Shown: positions 10,247-21,084 of the stretch, in pieces | How positions within the stretch are numbered: the stretch's first letter is position 1 | How the letters are laid out: every line of letters starts with the position of its first letter | Translations under genes and position numbers: made by a program | NCBI GenBank assembly: GCA_963781885.1 | Contig: CAWAHW010000007.1 | Span: forward strand, 416,001-480,000 | Direction: 5' to 3' | DNA: 64,000 bases | From: an uncultured Spirochaetota bacterium | GTDB taxonomy: Bacteria > Spirochaetota > Spirochaetia > SZUA-6 > Fen-1364 | Notes under the pieces: generated by a model | Database searches by the model: none | What the model was told of the DNA's origin: nothing | Seen by the model: the letters and a program-made list of their open reading frames with translations, nothing else

Positions 10247-12130
10247 ATGAACCTCCCCGACCGTGACGTCGATGCGATCGTGATCGGCGCGGGACACGCC
10301 GGCATCGAGGCCGCGCTGGCGCTGGCGCGCCTGGGGTGCGCCACCCTCCTTGTCACGCAGAATCTCGACACCATCGGCCGCATGTCGTGCAACCCCGCCA
10401 TCGGCGGCATCGCCAAGGGGAATCTCGTGCGGGAGATCGATGCGCTGGGCGGCCAGATGGCCCGTCTCATCGACGCCACCATGATCCAGTTCCGTCTCCT
10501 CAACGCCAGCCGCGGCCCCGCCGTCCAGGCGCCGCGGGCCCAGGCGGACAAGCAGGCCTACGCGGCGCTTGCCAAGCTCACCCTCGAGAAGCAGCACGGC
10601 CTGAGTCTCTTCCAGGACACGGTGGTCGACTTCCTCCTGGACGGCGCGGACTCGCGCATCGCGGGGGTGGTGACCGAGCGCGGCAGGAAGATCCGCGCGC
10701 CCGCGGTGGTGCTCACGACCGGGACCTTCATGGAGGGCACGCTCTTCATCGGCGAGTGGAGCGCGCCGGGCGGAAGGCTGGGCGAACCGGCGGCAACGGG
10801 TCTGGGCCGCAATCTCCGCGGCCGCGGCTTCGAGGTCGGCAGGCTCAAGACGGGTACGCCCGCGCGCGGCCGGGGAGAATCGCTGGACAGGAGCCGCATG
10901 GAGCGCCAGGAGCCGGATGCATGCGCCATGCCCTTTTCCTTCGCCGCGACGGCGGTCGATCGCCCGGCCGTTCCCTGCTGGATCACCTACACCAACGAAG
11001 AGACGCACAGGATCATCCGGGAGAATATCCATCGCTCCCCCCTGTATGGAGGAAAAATCGTCGGGCGCGGGCCGCGCTATTGCCCCTCCATCGAAGACAA
11101 GGTCGTCCGTTTCCCCGATCGCGCCCGTCACCAGGTCTTCGTGGAACCGGAGGGTCTTGCAACGGACGAGGTCTATCTCAACGGCGTCTCTTCCTCGCTT
11201 CCCGAGGACGTGCAGGAGGCCTTCCTGCGCACGCTGCCGGGGCTTGAAAGGCTGGAGATCGTGCGGCCCGGGTATGCCGTGGAATACGACTATCTGCCGC
11301 CGACGCAGCTCCTTCCCAGTCTCATGACGAAGCGCCTTGAAGGGCTTTTCATCGCGGGCCAGACAAATGGCACCTCGGGTTACGAGGAGGCCGCCGCACA
11401 GGGGCTCGTGGCAGGCATCAATGCGGCGCTCTACATCCAGCACCGGGAGCCCCTGGTCCTCTCCCGCGCGGAGGCGTACATCGGTGTGATGGTCGACGAC
11501 CTCGTGACGCAGGGCACCGATGAGCCCTACCGTCTTTTCACCTCGCGCGCGGAGTATCGGCTTTCCCTCCGCCATGACACCGCCGATATGCGTCTCCTGC
11601 CCCTCGGCGCGCGGGTCGGCCTCCAGGGCCCCGAGGCCGTGGAACGGCTCCGCCGGAAGCAGGAGGGCATCGAGCAGGTGCGGGAGCTTCTGCGCTCGCG
11701 CAAAGTGAGCGCGGCCGACGCGGTGGAGCAGGCCGCGCTGGACCCGCATCGCGGCATGAGCTTCGAACAGGCGCTGCGCGATCCGGCGGTGCATGGCGCG
11801 GACCTCGCCGCGCGGGAACCCGGCCTCGCGGCCGCCCTGCCCGCATGCCTCGCGCTTGCCGAGACAGAGGTGAAGTACGAGGGATACATCCGCCGGCAGG
11901 ACGCCCTGGTGGGGCGTTTCCGTTCGATGGAAGAAAAGCGCATCCCTTCCGACTTCCCCTGGGCTGCCCTCTCCGGGATCTCCACCGAGGCGCGCGAAAA
12001 GCTTTCGCGCATTCGTCCCCTGTCCATCGGGCAAGCGTCGCGCATCCCCGGTGTGCGTCCCGCGGACATCGCCGTGCTCATGGTCCACCTCAGGGCCGTG
12101 CGCGGCACCCCGCCCGCCGGGCAGGCGTGA
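10247..12130 (+). CDS. mnmG: tRNA uridine-5-carboxymethylaminomethyl modification enzyme MnmG (GidA)
   Basis: VIGAGHAG, MSCNPAIGG, GPRYCPSIEDK, AGQTNGTSGYEEAA. Confidence 0.98.
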   Translation: MNLPDRDVDAIVIGAGHAGIEAALALARLGCATLLVTQNLDTIGRMSCNPAIGGIAKGNLVREIDALGGQMARLIDATMIQFRLLNASRGPAVQAPRAQADKQAYAALAKLTLEKQHGLSLFQDTVVDFLLDGADSRIAGVVTERGRKIRAPAVVLTTGTFMEGTLFIGEWSAPGGRLGEPAATGLGRNLRGRGFEVGRLKTGTPARGRGESLDRSRMERQEPDACAMPFSFAATAVDRPAVPCWITYTNEETHRIIRENIHRSPLYGGKIVGRGPRYCPSIEDKVVRFPDRARHQVFVEPEGLATDEVYLNGVSSSLPEDVQEAFLRTLPGLERLEIVRPGYAVEYDYLPPTQLLPSLMTKRLEGLFIAGQTNGTSGYEEAAAQGLVAGINAALYIQHREPLVLSRAEAYIGVMVDDLVTQGTDEPYRLFTSRAEYRLSLRHDTADMRLLPLGARVGLQGPEAVERLRRKQEGIEQVRELLRSRKVSAADAVEQAALDPHRGMSFEQALRDPAVHGADLAAREPGLAAALPACLALAETEVKYEGYIRRQDALVGRFRSMEEKRIPSDFPWAALSGISTEAREKLSRIRPLSIGQASRIPGVRPADIAVLMVHLRAVRGTPPAGQA

Positions 12131-12132
12131 CG

Positions 12133-12792
12133 ATGGCCGACCCGCACGAACGGCTGCGCGAGGGCCTTGCCCTTCTTTCCGTCCCCGATGCCGACCGCGC
12201 CTGCACGCGCCTGGAAGAGTTCCTGGCAGAGCTCGAGCGCTGGAATCCACGTTTCGGGCTCGTGAAGCACGGCGGCATGGAAGACCTTGTTGTCAAGCAC
12301 GTGTTGGACTCCCTCTCCGCGTGGACGGCAATACGCGACGCGATGGGATCCGCCGGCGGGACGGTTCTCGACGTGGGGTCGGGTGCAGGATTCCCCGGTA
12401 TTCCCCTTGCGATTGTGCTGCCCGGAAGCCGGTTCACGCTGCTGGAGCGCATGACGAAAAGGGCCGCCTTCCTGCGCACCTGCGGCGTGCTCCTGGGCCT
12501 GACCGGGCTGCGCGTGCTCGCCTGCGACCTGGGGGAGCTGCAGGACAGCTTCGACGTCGTCACATTTCGCGCGGTCGCGCCGCTGGGCCGTTTTCTCGCC
12601 GACATCGAAGGAAGCGGCGTTCGGTGGCGGACCATCGTCGCGTACAAGGGGCGCCGGGAGCGCGCGCGGGAGGAGATCGAGGAAGCATCCCGCGCGCACC
12701 CGGGGCTTTACGCGATGGATGCGCGGCCCTTGTCCACGCCTTTCCTCGAGGAACAGAGGTGCATCATCGTCGTTTCACGCCTTTCGGATTGA
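12133..12792 (+). CDS. rsmG: 16S rRNA m7G527 methyltransferase RsmG (GidB)
   Basis: HVLDSL, DVGSGAGFPGIPL, FRAV. Follows mnmG. Confidence 0.95.
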   Translation: MADPHERLREGLALLSVPDADRACTRLEEFLAELERWNPRFGLVKHGGMEDLVVKHVLDSLSAWTAIRDAMGSAGGTVLDVGSGAGFPGIPLAIVLPGSRFTLLERMTKRAAFLRTCGVLLGLTGLRVLACDLGELQDSFDVVTFRAVAPLGRFLADIEGSGVRWRTIVAYKGRRERAREEIEEASRAHPGLYAMDARPLSTPFLEEQRCIIVVSRLSD

Positions 12793-12817
12793 CAAACGGG
12801 TGTTGCCGGGATACGCT
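12789..12817 (+). promoter_or_regulatory. Putative sigma70 promoter for the LysM-Slt pair
   Basis: TTGACA-N17-TACGCT. Confidence 0.6.
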
Positions 12818-12840
12818 TTTTCCAAGGGAGAGCCCTTGCA

Positions 12841-13743
12841 TTGAGCGATTCGACGATCGGCATAAAAATAGCAGACGGCTCATACTATCCGATCCTGGAG
12901 CAGGGCTTTACGGGTCGGAAGAAGCTCACCGTCACCACGGCCAAGAACAACCAGGACAAGGTCAAGATCGATCTCTACCGGGGCAGCGGCGCATCCCTTG
13001 CGGAGGCGAGCTTCGTCGGCAGCCTCGTCGTGGAGAACATACCGCCCGCCGCGCAGGGCGCGCCGGAGATCGAGCTGCTCCTCAGCCTCGACGAGCAGGG
13101 GCAGCTATCCGCCGAAGCGAATGACGCCCGGACGGGAGAATCGCAGAGATTCGCCACCACGCTTGCGGCACCTGCCGAATCAGAGACCTTCAGCGAGCCC
13201 GAGCTCGTGATGGACGAGGCGGACGCCGAGCTTTCCAGCCTTGAGGAGCCCGCCCTGACGGGCGAGGCCTACCCCGTGGGAGAGAAGGACCGGCGGGAAG
13301 AAGTCCTGCACCGCAGGACGCCGAACATCATCCTGCTCGTCCTTTTCGTCGTGCTCGGCGTTGCCCTGGTTGCCGCCGTCGCCTATTTCGTCTATCGCGC
13401 CATCCAGGGTCCCGCGGTGCCCGCGCTGAGCTCCTCCACCGTCACCGTGCCCGCCGCCTCGACCGCGCAGCAGTCACCTGCGCCGGCTGCGACCCCGCAG
13501 GCGTCGTCACAGACCACGGCGCAGACCGCCGCGCCCACCGCAATGACGGCGCAGCCGGCGCCGGCCATGACCGCACCTGTCAAGCAGGCGAGCTACCTCA
13601 TCAAGAGGGGCGACACGCTGTGGGACATCTCGGCTACCTATTACCGCAACCCCTGGCTGTACCCGAAGCTGGCAACCGCCAATTCCATCAAGAACCCGGA
13701 CCTCATTTTTGCGGGCACACGGATCATCATTCCAGAGAATTGA
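12841..13743 (+). CDS. Membrane protein: DnaK/Hsp70 substrate-binding-like domain, TM helix, C-terminal LysM
   Basis: N-terminus aligns by eye to the DnaK SBD-beta (TTAKNNQDKVKIDLYRG, IPPAAQGAPEIEL). One TM, an Ala/Pro/Thr linker, then LysM YLIKRGDTLWDIS...NPDLI. Confidence 0.85.
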   Translation: MSDSTIGIKIADGSYYPILEQGFTGRKKLTVTTAKNNQDKVKIDLYRGSGASLAEASFVGSLVVENIPPAAQGAPEIELLLSLDEQGQLSAEANDARTGESQRFATTLAAPAESETFSEPELVMDEADAELSSLEEPALTGEAYPVGEKDRREEVLHRRTPNIILLVLFVVLGVALVAAVAYFVYRAIQGPAVPALSSSTVTVPAASTAQQSPAPAATPQASSQTTAQTAAPTAMTAQPAPAMTAPVKQASYLIKRGDTLWDISATYYRNPWLYPKLATANSIKNPDLIFAGTRIIIPEN

Positions 13744-15908
13744 GCTTTTCCTCCTCCTCCTTGCATTCCCCCTGTTCTCCGCGGGATGCGGCCCGCGGAT
13801 GGTCTGGGGGATCCCCGCGGACGCGCTGAAGGCGGATCTATCTGCCGGGCGCTACGCCCTGCTCTCATCCGTCGACTTCGGGTCGCAGAACCCCCGCGAC
13901 TGTCTCGCCCTTTCCGCGGACGCGCCCTTCTACCTGGCGGCCGTCTTCGACAGCCTGCAGAAGCCGGCGGAGGCGATGGCGATGCTGTCGCTTGCCCGCA
14001 GCGACAGCCCGAGCCCCTGGAAGGAGGAGGCGGAGATCCAGCTCGCGCGGCGCTCCATCACGGACAAGGGCTACGACGCGGCAGTCGAGGTGTCGCGGGA
14101 TCTCGTCTCGTCGCGCACGCCGGACGTCGAGCAGCGCGGACGCCGGCTGCTCGTCGAGTCACTGTACTGGAGCAAGGACGATGCCGGGGTGATCCGGGAA
14201 GCGGAGAGGCTCACGGCGCCCGACCCGGAGGTGCTCCTGTTCCGCGCCGTGAGCTCCCTGCGGCTGGGTCTTGCCCCTGCCCACGACCTTGTCATGCAGC
14301 TTTTCCTCCATGACCGCGTCTCCGTCCTCCATGCGCGGGCCTGCACGTTCATCTCCGCCGAGCCCGCTTACTGGGGCCTTTTCAGCGACGAGGAACAGGC
14401 TCTCCTTTCCGGCAAGAACGAGGCCGCATTCGGCGACTGGGGCAAGGCGCTGCCCCTGCTTGAAGGGGTCCTGGTTTCCATCGACCCCGCGCGCATCACC
14501 GATGGCACGCTCGTGGTCGACCTGGGCAGCGCGTATCTTTCGGCCTCCCGCTTCCTGCCGGGCGGCCAATTCATGGAGAAGCTCGCCGGTCGGTTGACCG
14601 GTCAGGCGCGCGCGGACGCGCTGGAGCAGGCGGGAAGGCTGTATCGCAAGGCGCGCGATTTTCCCAGCGCGCTCGCGCAGTTTCGCACCGTGGCGGTGGA
14701 GGCGTTGACGTCGGCGCAGCGCGACCGCGCGCGCTGGTTCATTGCCGACATCCTCTTTGAAACGGCGCCGATGGACCTCACGGCCCAGATCTCCGCTGAA
14801 TCGACGCAGTGGAACGATCGGTCGTATTTCATCGCCATGCTGCAAGACCGGATTGCGGACCTCGTGACGACGCGGGCGTGGAAGACGCTTTCCGGTCTGT
14901 GGCTCGGGCTACGGACGACCGGGCCGGACGTTGTTCTGCGCGCAGCTTTCCTACCTGCTTGCACGCGGCTGGCAGGAAGGCAAGGTCGTGCGGCTGCCCG
15001 GGTCGCCGCCCCTCACCGCGCGCGAGCTTTTCCAGGACGCGGAGAACCGGGACCCTGTCGGCTACTACGGCATCCTTTCCGCGAGCATCCTGGGCGACAT
15101 GCCGGAAAAGGCCGTGCCCTCCACCGCCGCGGCAGAGACGGCTGTGGAGCTCGATCCGCTCAGCGCCGGCTACATCCGTTTCGGGCTTCCCGCGCAGGCC
15201 TACGCCCGGCTCTGGCCCACGCGGGATGGAATGACGAATGCCCAGCTCATGAGCGCGGCGCGCGCGCTCGCCGACGCCGGCGACTACAGGAGCTCGCTGT
15301 ATTTCGTGGGCGCCCTGGGCCGGAAGCGGAGGCTTTCAACCGCCGAGCTCCAGATGTACTACCCGCGTCCCTTTGCCGCCCTCATCGACCCGCTCGCCCA
15401 GGGCGCGGGCATTCCCGACCATCTCCTCTACGGGCTCCTGCGCGAGGAGAGCTACTTCGACGCGAACGTCATCTCGAGCGCCGGCGCGGTCGGTCTTTCC
15501 CAGCTCATGCCGGCGACGGCTCTGGATGAGGCCCACCGGCTCAAGATCGTGGACCCGGACCTGCGCGATCCCACGACGAACCTCACGCTCGGCGTGCGCC
15601 ATTTCGAGGACCTGCTGACAAGCGCGCGCACGCCCACAAAGGCGATGCTCGCCTACAATGCCGGGCTCAGCCGGCTGCGCGCATGGGAGAAGGCGTCGCC
15701 GAATCTTCCCCCTGACCTCTTCGTGGAAACCGTGCCGCTTGCGGAGACGCGCGATTACGTGCGCAAGATCTTCGTCTCGTCAGTGATGTATGCATTTCTC
15801 TACCACGACACAGATCCGCGCGACGCGGCCCTCTCCTTTTTCTCGCTGGAGCGCGGGCCGCTCGAACCGGAGCCGGGCGCCGCGGGTCTCCGCGTGCAGC
15901 CGCGGTGA
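13709..15908 (+). CDS. TPR-rich soluble lytic transglycosylase (Slt70/flagellar LTase-like) lipoprotein; frameshift near 14935, start uncertain
   Basis: Lipobox-like FSAGC and a helical repeat region. SLT domain motifs REES, GAVGLSQLMP, AYNAG and ETRDYV lie in the second frame. Confidence 0.8.
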
Positions 15909-15934
15909 GCCGCGGGGCGTGCGCCCCGCGGCTC
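15907..15934. terminator. Perfect GC-rich inverted repeat between convergent genes
   Basis: GAGCCGCGGGGCG-TG-CGCCCCGCGGCTC. No U-tract. Confidence 0.55.
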
Positions 15935-15950
15935 TCACCTCATCTGGACG

Positions 15951-16673
15951 TCAGGGAATGTAGACCGGCGGGCTCGCGGCAGCCGTGCTTGCCTTTGTGC
16001 CGTCCATCGCGGCAACCGTCACCTTTACCCGCAGATAGTGACCGCTGTCGCCGCCAGAGGTCTGGTAGGTCTTCTGGGTCTCAGCGACGACGTCCGTGAA
16101 GCTCGCGTCGGTCGGCGGCTGGGAAGTGCTCGACTGCCACTGGAATGTCGTGGCGGACGTGTTCTCAGCCGAGCCCGAGACGTCGGAATAGAGATAGCCG
16201 ACCGTGAGGACTTCTCCGGCCGTCACGCCGGCTTCAGGAGAAGTTGTCGGGAGGATCCCGCCCTGCGAACGATCCACCGTTGTCACAACGTGGGTGTCCC
16301 AGTCGTCGACGCCTGACGCGCCCGGGAGGGCACCATACTGGATCACGTCTGCGTCTGCGGCGGGCGTAGAATGGTTCGTGCTCGAGGAGAGGAACCATTC
16401 GTAAATGAGGCCGTAGGACTTCGTGTCCATCGGAATCGGGTCATTACAGCTGTTGTAAAAATAGTCGTAGCTCCCCGTGAAAGCTCCTCCTGACACGCTT
16501 GTCGGACTCCACGTATACGTTCCGCCTACATTGCCGGTGCCTGTCACGACGAGCTGAAAGACCGCCGACGGCAGGTTCGGAACAATAGTGCAGCTTTCCA
16601 CCACCGCAAAAGCGGCCACCGCCACGACGCCAAGGGCGAGCGCCCGAATATGAACAGAAGACAGGATCCGCAC
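15951..16673 (-). CDS. Secreted or lipoprotein with C-terminal Ig-like (AIR9-type) domain
   Basis: GGAGG RBS plus GTG, hydrophobic leader ending ESC. GEVLTVGYLYSD..G..E....FQW...TY....D.GHYLRVKVT pattern. Confidence 0.6.
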   Translation of the reverse strand: MRILSSVHIRALALGVVAVAAFAVVESCTIVPNLPSAVFQLVVTGTGNVGGTYTWSPTSVSGGAFTGSYDYFYNSCNDPIPMDTKSYGLIYEWFLSSSTNHSTPAADADVIQYGALPGASGVDDWDTHVVTTVDRSQGGILPTTSPEAGVTAGEVLTVGYLYSDVSGSAENTSATTFQWQSSTSQPPTDASFTDVVAETQKTYQTSGGDSGHYLRVKVTVAAMDGTKASTAAASPPVYIP

Positions 16674-16794
16674 GTGCCACCTCCCGATGCCCGATTCGGG
16701 CGGCGTTCCGCCCGTGTATGGGCAAGTCAGAATATATGGCTAAATATATATTGCGGGACGGAATTTTTCCGCGGAAGAAGAAGACACGTGCTCC

Positions 16795-17709
16795 CTACCG
16801 CGTCTCAGCGATATCCTCAGCCATTTCATGGACCTGCTCACCCGTATAGGCGGTGTGGGGCATCTGGTCCCTGTAGCCGGAAACAATGTCCGCCGACGGA
16901 TCGGTGATCGATCTTTCCAGGTACGCGATGTCAACGGTGAGGGTGCGCTGCTGTCCCGCGGTGCTCACCTTCACCGTGCTGCCGAAAAGGCCTTTGAATG
17001 TCGGGCCGACGAGCTTCCTGCCGTCCGTGCTGTGGCAGCCCAGGCAGCCATTGTCGGCAAGCGCCTTATCCGTAGAGGCGTTGGGCGCCTCCGAGGTGAG
17101 GCCGGGGATGTCGACGTCCTCCCCGTTGAGCCACTTCTTGTACGTGTCGGGGGCAACGACGTAGACCGAGGCGAGCATCTGGGAATGCTGGACACCGCAG
17201 TATTGCGTGCAGAGGATGTCGGAAGAGCCGATCTTATCCGCTTTGAACCAGACGTATGTCTTCATGCCCGGCACGACGTCGGACTTTATCCTGTAATCGG
17301 GCACGAAGAAGCCGTGGATGACGTCAGGGGATTGCATCGTGAGCTGGATGTTGGAGCCTTGCGGTACGATCAGGTCGGTGCTCTTCTTGCCCGTGTCGTA
17401 GGTGAAGAGCCACGACCACTGCCGCGCGGTCACCTGGATCTGGAGGGAATCTGCCGGCGCCGTGCGCAGGAACTTGTACCCGGTGAGGCCGTAGACGAAC
17501 ATCGCCAGCGCGAGCACCACCGATGCCGCGATGAATGCCCCCTCGATCAGCCCGTGCCCCCCGATGTCGGTCGGTGTGGGATTCCTGCTCCGCCGGTAGC
17601 GCACGGCGAAGAAGATCGTGAAGAAGATGATGAGGGCGAAGAGCAGCAAACAGAAGACCATGATGAAAATGAAGGTGCTGTCGACCGCTGCGGTGGTTGA
17701 TCCCGGCAT
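16795..17709 (-). CDS. coxB: Cytochrome c oxidase subunit II with fused C-terminal cytochrome c
   Basis: Two TM helices, QWSW, CuA ligands DVIH...CTQYCGVQHSQM, heme motif CLGCH with distal Met. Confidence 0.93.
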   Translation of the reverse strand: MPGSTTAAVDSTFIFIMVFCLLLFALIIFFTIFFAVRYRRSRNPTPTDIGGHGLIEGAFIAASVVLALAMFVYGLTGYKFLRTAPADSLQIQVTARQWSWLFTYDTGKKSTDLIVPQGSNIQLTMQSPDVIHGFFVPDYRIKSDVVPGMKTYVWFKADKIGSSDILCTQYCGVQHSQMLASVYVVAPDTYKKWLNGEDVDIPGLTSEAPNASTDKALADNGCLGCHSTDGRKLVGPTFKGLFGSTVKVSTAGQQRTLTVDIAYLERSITDPSADIVSGYRDQMPHTAYTGEQVHEMAEDIAETR

Positions 17710-17713
17710 GTGC

Positions 17714-17977
17714 CTACCTCGTGAGGACGTCGGTGTACGTGAGACCGATGAAGATGGCGAGCACCGTGATGGCAATGGGGACGAGGATCTTCAGGAGAAG
17801 CCTCTTCTCCGTGCTCAGGTGCATGAAGTAGAGCAGGACGAGCGTCGACTTGCCCGCGGCGATGGCGAGCACGACGACGATCGCGATGCGGCCCACGTTG
17901 AGGCCCGCCGTCGTCACCGTGATGGCGGTGAGTACCAGCAGGGCCACCCAGATTCCTATGTAGCGCCGAAGTGCCAC
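17714..17977 (-). CDS. coxD: Cytochrome c oxidase subunit IV (caa3-type)
   Basis: Three TM helices, K..LV..YFMHL motif. AGGAG RBS plus GTG. Confidence 0.85.
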   Translation of the reverse strand: MALRRYIGIWVALLVLTAITVTTAGLNVGRIAIVVVLAIAAGKSTLVLLYFMHLSTEKRLLLKILVPIAITVLAIFIGLTYTDVLTR

Positions 17978-17987
17978 AGTCTGACTC

Positions 17988-18597
17988 CTATGAGATGAGA
18001 TAGAAAAGCGGAAACAGGAAGATCCAGATGATGTCGACAAGGTGCCAGTACAGACCCGCGTTTTCCAGTATGGCGGATCGTTTCTGATTGACGGATCCCT
18101 TGACGACCCAGGAGAGCACGACGGACAGCACCGTCATCCCGATGATGACGTGCAACGCGTGCAGCCCCGTCATGGTGAAGTACAGCCCGAAGTAGAGGAT
18201 CTCCCCCGGCGGGTGCTTCAGAAGCTCCGCGGCCCGGGGGTAGAGCCCGTGCTCGAATTTCGCCGCCCACTCGAAGGCCTTCACGACGAGAAACACGCCG
18301 CCCAGCGCGATGGTGGCGCCGAGAAACCATGCCGATCTTCGCTTGTCGCCCCTCTCCTGCAGGGAGTAGATCGCAAGGACCGCCGTGAGGCTCGATGTCA
18401 GGAGGACCGCCGTGTTGAGCGTGCCGTCGAACCGGCTCGAGGTCCATGGAGGCGTTGTGAAAGTCCACCGGATGCTTGGCTCGGTAGACGGCATAGAGGA
18501 GGAAAAGGCCGCCGAAGATGAGTATCTCCGAGAGCAGGAAAAGCCACATCCCGATGCGGGATCCGACGCTCTCGTCGCGTGCTTCCGATGCTTCCAT
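17988..18597 (-). CDS. coxC: Cytochrome c oxidase subunit III; frameshift near 18440
   Basis: [17 protein letters not shown] in the first frame. [17 protein letters not shown] and YWHLVDIIW in the second frame. Confidence 0.9.
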
Positions 18598-18598
18598 G

Positions 18599-20266
18599 CT
18601 AGTCCTTTTTCTCCTTTTCCGCGCCTGCCGTGACGTCGGTGAAAATGTACGGCCCCCGCGTGACGACCGGTGTGTCCTCGAAATTCTCTACCGGCGGCGG
18701 CGACGGTATCTGCCACTCCAGCGTGGCCCCGCCCCACGGATTGGCCTCCGCCTTTTTTCCGTGGAAGAAGGCCCAGAGGAGATTGCCGAACATCATGCCC
18801 AGGCCGCCCACCATGATCCATGAGCCCACGGTGGCGATGCGCTGCAGGTCCGTGAACTTCGGCAGGTAGGAATAGTAGCGGCGCGGCATCCCCGCCCAGC
18901 CCAGGATGAGGAGCGTCATATAGAAGAGATTGAAACCGACGAACAGCACGATGAAGGACACGGTGGCGAACTTGTAGTCGTAGGTCTTGCCGAACATCTT
19001 CGGGAACCAGTAATGGAGCGCGGCGAAAAGACCGAAGCCCATGCCGCCGAATATGATGTAGTGGAAATGCCCGACGACGAAGTAGGTGTCGTGCGTATGC
19101 ACGTCCGTGGCGAGGGCCCCCAGCACGAGCCCCGTAAGACCGCCGATGGCGAACAGCGCAATGAAGCCCAGCGCATAGAGGAAGGGCGGGTCGATCTTCA
19201 CCGATCCCTTGTACATCGTGGCCACCCAGTTGAAGACCTTGATGGCGCTCGGGACGGCGACGAGGAAGGTGAGGAGGGAAAAGAGGATGCTCGCCGTGTC
19301 GCTCTGGCCGCTTACGTACATGTGGTGGCCCCAGACAATGGACCCGACGCTCGCGATGGCGAGGCTGGAGAAGGCGATTGTCTTGTACCCGAATATGTTC
19401 TTGCGGGAGAAGACGGGGAAGAGGTCCGAGATGATGCCCATGGCGGGCAGGATCATGATGTAGACCGCGGGGTGGGAATAGATCCAGAACAGGTGCTGGT
19501 AGAGCAGCGGATCCCCGCCCTTTGTCGGATCGAAGACCCCGATGCCGAAAAGGCGCTCGATGATGACGAGCACGAGCGTAATGCCGATGACCGGGGTCGC
19601 GAGGATCTGCACCCACGCCGTGGAATACAGGCCCCAGACCGACAGGGGCATGCGGAAGAACGTCATGCCGGGGGCGCGCATCTGGTGCGTGGTGGTCACG
19701 ATGTTGATGCCCGTGAGGATGGAGGACATGCCCAGGAGGAAGACACCGAACACCGCCAGCGGCACATTCACGGTGTCGTTCAGGCTGTAGGGGACGTAGA
19801 ACGTCCAGCCCGTGTCCACGGCGCCCTTGCCGAGCGCCAGGGAGGCGAGCACGACGAAGGCGCCCGTCATGTACAAGTACCAGGAGAAGAGGTTCAGACG
19901 CGGGAAGGACATGTCCCGCCCGCCGATGAGGATGGGCAGGAAGAAGTTGCCGAAGATGGTGGGGATGCCCGGGATCACCACCATGAAGATCATGATGACC
20001 CCGTGCACGGTGAACATGACGTTGTACGCCTGCCCTGCCAGGAAGGGGCTGTTGGGGTACAACATCTGGATGCGCATCAGCACGCCGAGTATGACGGCGA
20101 AGGAAAAGAAGCTCAGCACCGCGACGAGATAGAGCATCCCGATGCGTTTGTGATTGGTGGACGTGAGAAAGCCCTTGAGCCCGATGCGCTTGCCGTTATC
20201 CTGGTACCAGGGGCCCTCGTCGTGCGTGGCCTCGTGGCCGTGAGCCTCTGCGGTCGAATGAGCCAT
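18599..20266 (-). CDS. coxA: Cytochrome c oxidase subunit I, type A2
   Basis: [25 protein letters not shown] (YS motif of A2), WGHH, GHFHY, MPRRY. Confidence 0.97.
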   Translation of the reverse strand: MAHSTAEAHGHEATHDEGPWYQDNGKRIGLKGFLTSTNHKRIGMLYLVAVLSFFSFAVILGVLMRIQMLYPNSPFLAGQAYNVMFTVHGVIMIFMVVIPGIPTIFGNFFLPILIGGRDMSFPRLNLFSWYLYMTGAFVVLASLALGKGAVDTGWTFYVPYSLNDTVNVPLAVFGVFLLGMSSILTGINIVTTTHQMRAPGMTFFRMPLSVWGLYSTAWVQILATPVIGITLVLVIIERLFGIGVFDPTKGGDPLLYQHLFWIYSHPAVYIMILPAMGIISDLFPVFSRKNIFGYKTIAFSSLAIASVGSIVWGHHMYVSGQSDTASILFSLLTFLVAVPSAIKVFNWVATMYKGSVKIDPPFLYALGFIALFAIGGLTGLVLGALATDVHTHDTYFVVGHFHYIIFGGMGFGLFAALHYWFPKMFGKTYDYKFATVSFIVLFVGFNLFYMTLLILGWAGMPRRYYSYLPKFTDLQRIATVGSWIMVGGLGMMFGNLLWAFFHGKKAEANPWGGATLEWQIPSPPPVENFEDTPVVTRGPYIFTDVTAGAEKEKKD

Positions 20267-20269
20267 GGA

Positions 20270-21082
20270 TCAAACCCTCCTCGCTGCCCTGCGCCGGCGA
20301 CCCGAGAGAACCAGGTACAGCAGGAAACCCGCGGCGAGGGCCAGGGTGACGATGCCCGTCACCTTCAGCATGTTGAAAACGTAGCCGTGTTTCTGTGGAT
20401 CGTAGCTGAGGCAGAATCGGAGCACCTTCGCGATGGTCGGACCGACGGTGCCGGTGGATGCCTCCAGGAAGGACATCTTCAGGTCCACGGGGAGAAAATC
20501 CGTGCCCGTCATGTAGCGCACGATCTTGCCCTTCGGCGAGAGGATGACGAGCCCCAGGGGATGATCGAACTCGTCGCCGTCCTTCACGTAATGGAAGCCG
20601 ATTGCATCGGCAACCGCGTTGATGTTCTTCTCATCGCCGGTGAGGAAGCGCCAGTCCTCCGCGGGGAACGGCGCTTCAATGGACTCCAGGCCGATCTTTT
20701 TCGACTTGAGGGCATCGACGGTCGTTTCCCGCGGGTCGATGCTGATTGTGATGACCTGGAAGTCCTTCCCCGGTACGGCCTCCACGTCGGCCAGGACGCC
20801 CGCCATGCCCGTGAGGAGATAGTCACAGGCGTTGGGACACCGGTAGTAGACGAGCGCGAGCACGGTGGGAGCGTGGACAAGGTCGCGCAGCGAGGCGGTG
20901 CTGCCGTCCTCCAGCGTGAAGCGTGCGTCCAGCGGCACGGAGGCGCCGAGGTGCTGCTCGATGCCGACGCCGCCAAAGACGCCTGTCGGGGGAGCCACCG
21001 CGTCCGCCATGCCGGAGACCGCGCCGGCCAGGAGAATAGCCAGCGCGGCAAGGAGAGCTTTCCGCGCGGTGCACCGGTTCAT
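20270..21082 (-). CDS. SCO1/SenC family copper chaperone
   Basis: YYRCPNAC (CxxxC), ISIDP, distal His (FDHP), C-terminal TM. Confidence 0.9.
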   Translation of the reverse strand: MNRCTARKALLAALAILLAGAVSGMADAVAPPTGVFGGVGIEQHLGASVPLDARFTLEDGSTASLRDLVHAPTVLALVYYRCPNACDYLLTGMAGVLADVEAVPGKDFQVITISIDPRETTVDALKSKKIGLESIEAPFPAEDWRFLTGDEKNINAVADAIGFHYVKDGDEFDHPLGLVILSPKGKIVRYMTGTDFLPVDLKMSFLEASTGTVGPTIAKVLRFCLSYDPQKHGYVFNMLKVTGIVTLALAAGFLLYLVLSGRRRRAARRV

Positions 21083-21084
21083 GG

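Noticed and set aside
8899-12840. Replication origin next to mnmE-mnmG-rsmG
   Set aside because: No dnaA, parAB, DnaA-box cluster or AT-rich unwinding element nearby.
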